Assembly: GCA_951406725.2 (NCBI GenBank)
Contig: OX597823.1
Coordinates: forward strand, 26,350,001-26,414,000
Direction of reading: 5' to 3'
Length of the DNA: 64,000 bases
From: Octopus vulgaris
Taxonomy: Eukaryota
A program made the translations under genes and the position numbers. Positions 13,331 to 24,060 of this stretch are shown here, piece after piece. How positions within the stretch are numbered: position 1 is the stretch's first letter; each line of letters begins with the position of its first letter. The notes beneath the pieces were generated by a model. It was not told the origin of the DNA and ran no database searches. It saw nothing but the letters and a program-made list of their open reading frames with translations.

Positions 13331-14409
13331 AAATAATAATGATGATAATAAATTAATTAATGAAGTGAAATTTGGTTGACAAAGAGAGAATGGAAGGCCT
13401 CTGGAAGGATTTTTCCTGTTCTTAGATGATAGGTTTAATCCATAGCTCAGTTTGATGTCACCTAGTCTGTGGGTGCCTTCAGCAGAGCCCAAATGTAAAC
13501 ATTTGGATTAGATACCCAGTCTGATAATAATTGTCTCCTTTCCTCCCACCATTTTCAGAAACACTGAAAAAGGGTCACTGGTGACTAAATCATTAAAAAA
13601 TAAAAACCCCAGAAAAGATAGCCTTTAGAGCAAGTAGTTTGATTACTTACCATTCGGGTGGAATGGTATAGTGCAGAATGAGATTTCAGGTTCCCTTGCT
13701 GCTTTATTGGATGAAAACTGAAGGAATAGAGTGAAAACACCACCTGATAAAGAGAAGGATTATCAGTGTCATCATCATCATCACCATCATCACCTACAGC
13801 ACCAGTTCTGTCACAACCACCACCCCCGCCACTGCCACCACCATCATCACTGTCATCATCACCACCACAGCCACCATCACCACTGCCCTTATCGTTGTCA
13901 TAGCTACCGCCACTGCCACCATCACAGCCTTTATTATTAATGCTAGTATGTGGTTTGTCAATCTGCTAGAAATAGTAGCCAAATATCAATCTATTATCAT
14001 TTTCTTTTTAAAAGAAGGCAGACGCATTAGGTAATACAGTCCTAAAAGGTGCACTGCCTGGAATAAAGGGGGAATGGTCATGTCTGGAATACCTTGGAAT
14101 TAGACAAAACACAGCAGCAGCTGCGACTGTCATCACCACCATCATCATTATATCAATCAGTTCTAGTGTCATAATTATGACTGCAAGTAACAAGAATACT
14201 ATAAACATCATCTCATTACCATAATTATCATCATCATTGTTATGATCATTATCTTATCATCATCATTACCACCATCACTACTACCACCGCCGGCCACCAC
14301 CTCCACCACCACCACCACCACCACCACCACCACCACCACCACCACCACCACCATTATCAGCATTAATTCTTTATAGTAACCACTATCTTCATTATTGTCA
14401 TTGTCATCA

Positions 14410-14860
14410 TTAGAATCCTTGCGATCGACAAGAGCTCCATCACTATAAAATTCCTTGCTGCTGTCATATCACATGAGGAGGTGAGTTGGAAACTTTTCTG
14501 GATGGATTTGCAGGGAAATGCACAGGTTTGTGTGGTTTCAAGGGTATTATTACCAAGATCACACCCAACACTTAGTAACATCTATGGAAATCTGATACCA
14601 ATATCCCTCAAGCTAAAGCAGTAACGGCTACAATTTGCCGGCCACTGTCACCAAGCAGAGAAAGAGGTTATCTCATCCCTGCCCCTATGGCATCCTTCTG
14701 GAAGTGTTTTCTCCAGGAAACTGACATTTCCAGGTACTATATCTCAGGACTCAGGGCTGGATATTAGAGATCTGAACATAGCAATGCAGGACTGTGTAGT
14801 GTGGAGGGGGATTGTCAATGGAGTTCCGACTAACTGTAGGTTGGTTGAAGGATGATGATT
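14410..14860 (+). mobile_element. RTE-type LINE ORF2 C-terminal remnant
   Basis: Translates to ...HPTLSNIYGNLIPISLKLKQ*RLQFAGHCHQAEKEVISSLPLWHP...AMQDCVVWRGIV. The RLxFAGHC motif is typical of RTE/RTE-X C-termini. Confidence 0.65.
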
Positions 14861-16673
14861 ACCAAGAATAGAGTCTTTGGTTAGCTCATCATCATCATCA
14901 ATCGGTTAACATCTGCTTTCCATGCTAGCATGGATTGGACAATTTGACTGAGGTCTGGTGAACCAGATGGCTGCACCAGACTCCAATCTGATCTGGCAGA
15001 GTTTCTACAGCTGGATGCCCTCCCTAACACCAACCACTCAGAGAGTGTAGTGGGTGCTTTTACGTGCCACTCAGGCAGTACTGGCAATGGCCACATTCAA
15101 ATGGTGCTTTTTATGTGCCACCTGCACAGGAGCCAGTCCAGCAGCACTGGCAAGACCTCACTCCTTGGTAGAAATCTTTAATTCAGCATTTAGCAGAGTT
15201 GTGAGCCTAAATTATCTATTACACCTCTGTGTTCACTTTGTTTCTCAGTGGAGCCAACACTCTCCAGTTCACACAAGGAATGATCCCAATCTTACTATCA
15301 GTTATGATAAATGTTTGTCAAGGCTGTAACAAATATGTTAGACTTGTAAAAATGTAAAAGAGAATACCATCCAAATCTACCTATTCTCTCCTCACACAAA
15401 CACTCAAAACTTCCCATATGTCAGATACTGCAATTGGCTTTACGAAAAATTTCACCCATATGTCAGATACTGCAATTTCACCATATGTCAGATACTGCAA
15501 TTGGCTTTACGAAAAATTTCACCCATCTTGGTACTGAAATCCACTATCACAAGTCCACAACCTTCCTACAAACACTTGGATAAAATGCTGAAGGAAAACT
15601 GTACAAATTTGGTTGGAATCAGATAGTGCACATCCATTTCAGTCAGTAAAAAATCAAATTGCAATATTTTTGCCACATCATGCCACTGTCCTCTTGGTCT
15701 GTCAAATAGCTTCTGTTCTCTTATGTCTAACAGTTTGTACTTAATCATGGATGTCATGCAGCTTTTGTGTTTCATGTCAAAAAAATAAGTGTGACTATTC
15801 TCACCACTAACACATTCAGTATGATACATTTCATAACATTGTCTTCTAATCAACCAACAAACAACCTCTCCACTCAACTGTTCTCTACATGCTTACTCAG
15901 CCTTGTTGATTGTGCTCAAATCTTTCTTTTTAATGAGAAATATCACATGTTGTCTATAGTTCTCCTTGTCAATTCCCACTTAGCTAACTTGCTGATCTAA
16001 TCTTTATAAGCTCTATGTGCAAGGAATAATATATTCAGCTTCCAATAACAGAGCCGCTGTCTAAGCTTGTTGCACTGGTCATAAACTTGAAATTTCCACA
16101 GCCAACTACAAGAAACTGGACACCCTACATAATTCCTTTCCACTGACCTAATACAGGGACAGATGAATATCATCCTGTTCTGTATTTGGGAAAACCAAGC
16201 AACTTTTTACCAAACTGTTGAAATTGCTTGAGAATGTTTGTGAAATTGCATTTAGTTACTCAAACACAATCCCTTTATGCATCAATGCTATACATCAGCT
16301 CCTCAGTGAAGCCACAGTTGGTGTTGGGAGAAAGAAGAAAGTGGATAGTTATTTGAACCCAAGGTTTTTTTTTATGGTTCCTTAATTTCATTTGAAGAAA
16401 TCAGGATTTTGCATCAGTAAAGAATTCTTTTGTGTTCACAGGAAATAGATAGATGCTTCATCTTTGCAGCTGGCTGTATCTTGACCAAATATAATCATTT
16501 CCTCTTCTTACTAGCAAAATGTTTTAATTTTTTTCCTACTTTCTTTAGCTCATCCATCAGCTTTACATTGCTTTTTCAGATATCAATGAAGGTCATGGAT
16601 GAGAAGACAAAATGTAATGTTACTGCCATTTAGCACGGACGGACAGACGGATGGACCGACTGACCTATCTACC

Positions 16674-16674
16674 A

Positions 16675-16772
<98 letters not shown>

Positions 16773-16806
16773 ATATACACACACATATATATATACACAC
16801 ACACAC

Positions 16807-16871
<65 letters not shown>

Positions 16872-16890
16872 TATATATCTACACACACTC
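16674..16890. repeat. (TCTA)n / (TA)n / (CA)n compound microsatellite
   Basis: Seen directly. Explains the spurious ORFs 16599-17055. Confidence 0.95.
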
Positions 16891-17639
16891 ACCAGCATGT
16901 GTGGCCCATTTTTGCATCTCTTGTTCCTTGTAACATATTATTTGGGTCTAAATACCTCATCTCTCATCAACTTGCCACATGACAAGATGTTCAAGTTCAG
17001 AACCAGGTTCATGCTTATATATGGCCTACTCCGGTTGATGAAGCACAAATTCTAATGTGTCAACCAGGGTCTCCACCAGCTTCTCTTCTGAGGGCATATG
17101 AGAACCCAGTCCATTTATTTTATATAAAACAGTGGTATATCACCTTGTTCTACACACTTTCCTGGATAAATTCCTTGGGCAAGGAGGCACTCCTTTTTGT
17201 AAAATAATTCTTCCATGGTTTTTCATTTCTGGAGTTGACTGATGTCTCACATTTCTTTTTAGCCTACAACACTAGCAAAAGATGAGTTGCTTTTGTTGTA
17301 GTGGGTCCTTTTGATAATGTCAGATAAGCCTGCATCCTTACAAATTAGGACTGTCTGTGTCTATATATGACTGTTTGTTTCACTTTTGTTATTTTTTATG
17401 TATACTTTTTATTTTTTAATCTATTTACTTTATTAATCCAAGAGGAGTGAAAAGCAAAGCTGACTTGATGTATTTGGATATAGCATTAAAAAGAAAAATG
17501 TATCTAAACCACGTATATTATGACCCCATACCTTGAGAGCATGCCCTGGCAATTGCCACCATCTATCCCTCTCTTCTTTACTCTTAACATTCCATCTGTG
17601 CTCTATTGTTTCAGTTAAATAATAATCATAACCTTCCTA

Positions 17640-17840
17640 CTATAGTCACAAGACCGGAAATTTTTGGTGAGGGGACTAGTCAACTACATTGACCCCAGGG
17701 TGTGACTTGTACTTATCTTATCGACCCTGAAATGATGAAAGCAAAGTTTCTCTCGGCGGAATTTGAACTCAGAATGTAAAGATGGGTGAAGTACATCTAA
17801 GTATTTTATCTGGTGCGCTAATGATTTTGCCAACTTAGTG
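17640..17840 (-). mobile_element. SINE family A copy
   Basis: Reverse complement of the SINE A core (ctcggcggaatttgaactcagaa). Confidence 0.7.
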
Positions 17841-17844
17841 CCTT

Positions 17845-17884
17845 ACAACAACAACAACAACAACAGCAACAGCAACAACAACAG

Positions 17885-17934
<50 letters not shown>

Positions 17935-18015
17935 TAACAACAATAACAACAACAACAACAACAATAATAATAATAATAAAAGATTATATAACAACAGCAA
18001 CAATAACAACAATAA
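17845..18015. repeat. (AAC)n/(ATC)n/(AAT)n trinucleotide microsatellite
   Basis: Seen directly. Confidence 0.95.
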
Positions 18016-18773
18016 TATTTACCTTCCCAAATCGAACAGTTTAAACCTTTCAACTTGGCAACCCAATCAAAAACGTTGTCAGGAGAAATCAGATTGACTT
18101 CGATTCCCTTGAAAGGAAAGAAAACAGAAATTAGTACTAAAAATTTTATTACCTTCCAACATGTTGATTAAACACCAGTCAACTCTTACTCAGCAGATTT
18201 ATGATCAAAGGTGTTCCAACCATGACCATTCTCTCAGTCAGTAGATATATATTCCCTGGTAGCATCAATGTTGTTTGGCAGTGTAGGAAAATTATAGCTT
18301 TTATTCTTTACTTATTTCAGTCATTAGATTGTGGCCATGCTGGGGCACCATATTGAAGAATTTTTAGTTGAATGAATTGACCTCAGGACTTATTTTATGT
18401 TTAAGCCTGTATTTATTCTATTGGCCTCTTAGGTTGAACCACTAAGTTACCAGGATGTAAACACACTAACACCAGTTATTTTTTGAAACATAACTTTTAT
18501 CAAAACAAGACCCCCCCTCCTTAGAGTAGCCACATGGTTTAGCCATTTTTAAAGGCCAAGAATCAACTCATCACTTACTATTTGAAATAACTGACTAGCT
18601 GTATAGATGTAAACACATTTTTTCTTCTTTCTTTCCTTCTCTTTTCCATTGACACTTCTTTCAGATACACAGGCAGACACACACACATACACATACAAAA
18701 ACACACACTCTCTCACTTTCTCCTCATTCCTCACCCTCTTTTACTATCCTATATCTCTCTCCACCTCTACAAA

Positions 18774-18942
18774 CTCAATAATACTATAAAAAGAGACGAA
18801 TCCCCTCAAAAAATTTTAATCTGAAGAATCTACTAGAGCAGATGCAAGCGCTAATATATGATTTATAAAAACATGTGACATATTAATAAAAATCTGTAAA
18901 TGTACAACCATCCAGATTTCTGAGTACCTTATTTTTTTCTAA
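18774..18942 (+). mobile_element. Penelope-like repeat fragment with degenerate hammerhead motif (copy 1)
   Basis: Homologous to 54848-55027 (actcaataatactataaaaagag...ccagatttctgagtacct). Contains CTGAAGA-atctac-taga-gcagat-GCAA-GCGC-TA at 18821-18853. Confidence 0.5.
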
Positions 18943-18982
18943 TATATAACACCTGTATATCACCTCCAAACCTTCTAATATA

Positions 18983-19039
<57 letters not shown>

Positions 19040-19049
19040 ATATATACAT

Positions 19050-19307
19050 TTGGCCGTGGCCAAAAGTTTGGAACATTTGTTTAAAAATTAAAATTGTTAT
19101 GCCCAAGTACAATATGATTCAAATATATACAATATAGAGATATACTTACCTAATAACTGATCTGATGGTTCAATATCTAAAAGAAAAAAATAGGCAAAAT
19201 CAAAAATATAATTCTAGACCAAATTGGTTACTTTTAATTTAGCATTGGGCATTTGATATAAAATTCTAATATTCAAACCTATGTTCCAAACCTTTGGTCA
19301 CGACTGT
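19050..19307. mobile_element. Tc1/mariner-type MITE
   Basis: Imperfect TIRs: gccgtggccaaaagtttggaacat and atgttccaaacctttggtcacgac. Ends in ctg-TA and sits in TA-rich context. Confidence 0.6.
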
Positions 19308-19540
19308 AAATATATCAAATTTATATATGTGTGTGCGTGTGTGTGTATATATATATATATAATATATATATAATCGTTTGTATATTTATTTTGAAAGATT
19401 CTTGATGTGAATTTGTGTATTGAAACAGATATTGTTATATTTGTGGATGGTTGTGTTCCCAGTTTAACCGATGAAAACACACACACTTTATTTATTCGGT
19501 GTTCACTTGCTTCAGCTTTATTTCATATTAATTGTATTTC

Positions 19541-19585
19541 GGCCAGAGTTCTTTCGTCACACTTCAGTGACCTCATCAGTGGTCC
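19541..19585 (-). ncRNA. Minimal type I hammerhead ribozyme-like motif
   Basis: Minus strand reads ggacca-CUGAUGA-g-gucac-ugaagu-gugac-GAAA-gaac-UC-uggcc. Catalytic core is intact, stem II is 5 bp, stem I (ggacca/uggcc) is imperfect, and stem III is reduced to a 4-nt loop. Confidence 0.6.
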
Positions 19586-19699
19586 TTTGCTTCCTTCTTT
19601 CTTTTTGTGTGTGTCTTTCCTTCCTAATGATTTGCTATTTTGTATTCCTGTTGTATGTTTCTTTATTTGCACATACATATATCCCACAAATACAACAAT

Positions 19700-20230
19700 A
19701 TATCATCATCATCATCATCATCATTTAGCATCTGCCTTCCATGCTAGCATGGGTTGGACGGTTCAACTGGGGTCTGGGAAGCCAGAAGGCTGCACCAGGC
19801 CCAGTCTGATCTGGCAATGTTTCTATGACTGGATGCCCTTCCTAACGCCAACCACTCCGTGAGTGTAGTGGGTGCTTTTTACGTGCCACCGCCACAGGTG
19901 CCAGACGGGGCTGGCAAACGGCCACGGTCGGATGGTGCTTTTTACGTGCCACCGGCACGGGGGCCAGGCGAGGCTGGCAACGGACACGATCGGATGGTGC
20001 TTTTTACGTGCCACTGGCATGGGGGCCGGGCGAGGCTGGCAACGGACATGATCGGATGGTGCTTTTTACGTGCCAATGGCATGGGGGCCAGGCGAGACTG
20101 GCAACGAACACGATCGGATGGTGCTTTTTATGTGCCACTGGCACTGGTATCACAGCTACAATTTCCATTGATGCTGATCGATTTCGATTCTGATTCTCAC
20201 TTGCCTCAACAGGTCTTCACAGAGAGTTGG
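19700..20230 (-). mobile_element. RTE-related 3' tail with internal ~58-bp tandem repeats
   Basis: About five copies of ggatggtgctttttacgtgccac...ggctggcaacgg at 19870-20150, plus a (CAT)n tail. Confidence 0.75.
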
Positions 20231-20249
20231 TATATTATTATTATTATTA

Positions 20250-20291
<42 letters not shown>

Positions 20292-20295
20292 AAAT

Positions 20296-20343
<48 letters not shown>

Positions 20344-20825
20344 CAGATGGATGCAAATGTGTGTGTGTGAGTGTGCATGTATAGTTTTGGCAAACAGGAA
20401 AATAGAATTCAAATGTTGGTTACAGTGATGATGGTTCCAGTTGATCCAATCAACAGAACAGCCTTCTCATGAAATTAATATGCTTAGCACTCCACCAACA
20501 TGTGTACCCTTAACATATTTATGAAGTATCTTCTTAAGTATGAAGCTGTTACTGAAGAATCAAAATATAGACAAAAAGAAGAAAAAGATACAAGAAATAA
20601 ATAAAACAAAAGATCAGTTGTGTTTGTAGAATAGTTACCCAGGTGGAAAACTTTTGGATAGCATTGAACTCTTTCTCAAGTAATTCACTGGACAACATTT
20701 TGGGAACTGTAGATGTTATGAATAATATCGAACTTTCTTCCTAGTTCAGGACAGCAATTTATTAATCATTATTCTTCATATGAGCAGAGTAAAAGGCTGA
20801 AATACATAAATAAACAATATATACA

Positions 20826-20860
<35 letters not shown>

Positions 20861-20866
<6 letters not shown>

Positions 20867-21082
20867 TGAGGGTACTACTATTCATAGATACCGCATGCTA
20901 AGAGGGACCAATGCGGTCAAAACTACTAAAATAAACAAAATTTTACCGAATGCAAAACTTCAAAGCAGTTTTGCATTCAAAAAAGTTTTGCATTCGGTAA
21001 AATTTTGTTTATTTTAGTAGTTTTGACCGCATTGGTCCCTCTTAGCGTGCGGTATCTATGAATAGTAGTACCCTCAATATAA
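20861..21082. repeat. Fold-back palindrome with ~100-bp arms, inserted in (TA)n
   Basis: ttatattgagggtactac...gcaaaactt and aagttttgc...gtagtaccctcaatataa are near-perfect reverse complements. Confidence 0.85.
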
Positions 21083-21576
21083 TATAAATAAATATTTTCA
21101 AAGTGGAAAAATTTATGGATTTTTTTCTCTTACGAGGTTTTTCACGCTAACTACTGATAATTTCTTATAAAGATTTTATCCTCAATTGTAAATTTATATA
21201 TATATATATATATATATAGACAGTTGAAAGATAAGAACTATAGATGTAGAAAACACATGGTAGTGCTCAAATGATTTGAACTTAACACTGAAGTCTTTAT
21301 CAAGGACTAAGTCCACATGGTAAAGAGTGGCTGTAAGAGTAATCCAGTTGAGCTGATATGGGGATAGTGATGGTGCAGATAAAGAGGATTAGACTTGTAT
21401 ATATATCATCATCATCATCATCATCGTCGTTTAACGTCCGTTCTCCATGCTAGCATGGGTTGGACGGTTCGACCGGGGTTCTGGGAAGCCAGAAGGCTGC
21501 ACCAGGCTCCAGTCTAATCTGGCAATGTTTCTACAGCTGGATGCCCTTCCTAACGCCAATATATATATATATATAA

Positions 21577-21808
21577 AAGGCGGCGAGATGGCAGACACGT
21601 TAGCGTGCCGGGCGGAATGCTTAGCGGTATTTCGTCTGTCGTTATGTTCTGAGTTCAAATTCCACCGAGGTCGACTTTGCCTTTCATCCTTTCGGGGTCG
21701 ATAAATAAAAGTACTAGTTTCGCACTGGGGTCGATGTAATCGACTTAATCCCTTTGTCTGTCCTTGTTTGTCCTCTCTATGTTTAGCCCCTTGTGGGCAA
21801 TAAAGAAA
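21577..21808 (+). mobile_element. SINE family A, young copy
   Basis: Near-identical to 2257-2488. Confidence 0.85.
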
Positions 21809-21863
21809 TATATATATATATATACACACACATACATACATACATACATACACACATACAGAG

Positions 21864-21921
<58 letters not shown>

Positions 21922-21923
<2 letters not shown>

Positions 21924-24060
21924 CGAGGTAGTCAGAGTATGTGACAGAGTACTTGAGATTAGATTAGTGCTTCACCATAGGTCAGCTACCATTATCTCGG
22001 CCTAGGCACCTCAACTGGGGGCTACCGGGGGTGGGGGGGGGGGCAGAAAGACCGATTCTACAACACCCTATTACAGACTACCTCGTTGACAAATGACAGG
22101 GACCTTCTCTTTGTGGCTGGTGACTTCAATGGACATGTTGGTCGACATGTCGGGGGCTTCCATGGCATACATGGAGGCTATAGTTTTGGTTCTCGCAATG
22201 AAGAGGGAACCAGGTTGTGGGAGTTCTGCGATGCAAATGATCTTATGGGTTGCAATACCAACTTCAGGAAACCCGCCTACCGTTCTGGTAGACAAACTAG
22301 CCAAATTGACTACATCCTCGCCAGAAAAAGGGAAAGAGGGCTGCTTATAAATGCCAAAACCTTCCCAGGCGAAGAATGTACCTCTCAACATAGATTAGTA
22401 GTTAGCAACTTCAGGATCAGGGCTAAATGGATGCCCAGAAGAAGACCAGCTTGGAGGAGAAGGGTCTGGAATCTTAAAGATCCTGCAAATGGACAGAGAT
22501 TTAGAGACGTATTACTCGAAGCCTTCGATGAAATAGAAGGGGATATAGCATCACATAATGTGGAAGACAACTGGAGGTTTCTACAGGACAACCTGCTGAG
22601 AGCCACTGACCAGATCTGTGGATGGTGCAAAGTCCCATCTCGACCCAAGGTAACGTGGTAGTGGAACAATGTGGTTGACAGGGCTATTAGACAAAAGAAA
22701 CAAGCTTGGAGGGACTGGAAGAACAGAAGTAGCAGAGAATTGTATCAGACTGCCAGAAGGGAAGCTAGGAGACAGGTTTATTTAGCCAGAGGGGAGGCAG
22801 ATAAGAAAAAATTTGCCAATGTTCTGCACCGTGAGGACCAAAGACTTGAAGTATTTCGTGTTGCAAGACAATGTGTAGGAGAGAATCGTGATGTCATAGG
22901 AGAGAAATGTGTCCGTATGGATGATGGTTCACTTGCACTAAACGAGGCTGCAAAGAGAGAGGTTTGGAGATGCCACTATGAAAGGTCACTCAATAAAGAG
23001 AATGAATGGGAGAAAGAGATTTTGCCAAATGTCGACCCAACAGAGGGACTAGTTATCCAAATTAACAGTACCTTGGTAGATAAAGCAATCAAGAGTATGA
23101 AGGCAGGGAAAGCCTCCGGCCCATCAGGAATCACTGCAGAGATGCTCAAAATATCTGGCAGTGTCAGCTATAGCCTAGTCACCCGTATAGTTAACCAGGT
23201 GATGCACGAAGGAGTCATACCCAATGACTGGTGTAGCAACACCATAGTCAACTGCTACAAAGGTAAAGGTGACCCCTTAGATATAAATAATTACAGAGGT
23301 ATCAAGTTGCTGGATCAAGTAATGAAGATCACGGTGAAGGTCATAGCCCAACTAATTGGAGACAAAATCAGTTTAGATGAGATGCAGTTTGGGTTTGTGC
23401 CAGGGAAAAGCATCACTGATACGATATTCCTGGTAAGACAGCTGCAGGAGAAATACTTAGCAAAAGATAAACCTCTGTACCTGGCTTTCGTTGACATGGA
23501 GAAATCCTTTGACAGGGTCCCCCAATCCCTTATCTGGTGGTCAATGAGGAAACTAGGGATAGATGAATGGTTAGCTGTGCAAGCCATGTACAGGGACACC
23601 ATTAGTAAGGTGAGGGTTGGCAATGAGTACAGTGAAGAATTTCGGGTAGAGTTAGGGGTCCACCAAGGTTCAGTCCTCAGCCCCCTCCTATTTATTATAG
23701 TTCTCCAGGCAAAAATAGGGGAATTCAAGACAGGATGCTCCTGGGAGCTCCTCTATGCTGATGACCTTGCTCTAATTGCTGAGTCACTATCAGAACTGGA
23801 GGAGAAGTTTCAGGTGTGGAAGCAAGGATTAGAATCGAAGGGCCTTAGAGTCAACCTAGCTAAAACCAAAGTCTTAATAAGTAGGAAGGTAGACAAACCA
23901 CAAACACCTTCAGGTAGATAGCCCTGCTTGATCTGTAGAAAAGGCGTAGGTAGAAACTCTATAAGATGTACCCAGTGTAAACTATGGACACATAAAAGGT
24001 GCAGCAATGCCAAAGGAAGGCTAACTAGGAAGATAGTTTTTGTATGTGGCAGATGCCACA
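21922..24060 (+). mobile_element. RTE-clade LINE (APE endonuclease + RT + Cys-rich finger), inactivated and 3'-truncated
   Basis: APE motifs AGDFNGHVG, SQIDYIL and SQHRLVV. RT motifs NYRGIKL, FVDMEKSFDRV, GVHQGSVLSPLLF and LLYADDL. PHD-like CxxC...CxxC...HxxC...CxxC at 23923-24058. Premature stops at about 22659 and 23919. Confidence 0.95.

Larger units (their letters stand above)
7380..17340 (-). pseudogene. Fragmented, decayed coding fossil; candidate endogenous bunyavirus-like L (RdRp) sequence. Blocks at about 16895-17340, 15160-16615, 10780-12300 and 7380-8290
   Basis: Non-repetitive, purine-rich minus-strand blocks with many stops. Motif-like remnants occur in L-protein order: LSDIIK (~17325), KQSEHRGVI (~15235), SDMICC (12190), Q(a)GFH (~11965), TEDLMISDDKES (SDD at 11858-11866), and SE(K)T...MTExNC...PSTLRY (~11720-11785). 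Confidence 0.4.

Noticed and set aside
13731-14360. His-rich ORFs (also 62555-63635 and 17835-18053)
   Set aside because: Translations of (CAT/CAC/AAC)n microsatellites, with no splice or domain support.
15566-16200. Resemblance to mononegavirus L N-terminal motifs (LGFP, WHD)
   Set aside because: Spacing and order do not fit rhabdovirus or chuvirus L. The nearby SDD motif favours a segmented-virus-type polymerase if the fossil is viral at all.
19870-20150. ~58-bp repeats that superficially resemble a CRISPR array
   Set aside because: The spacers are homologous to each other, there are no cas genes, and the context is a eukaryotic retroelement tail.
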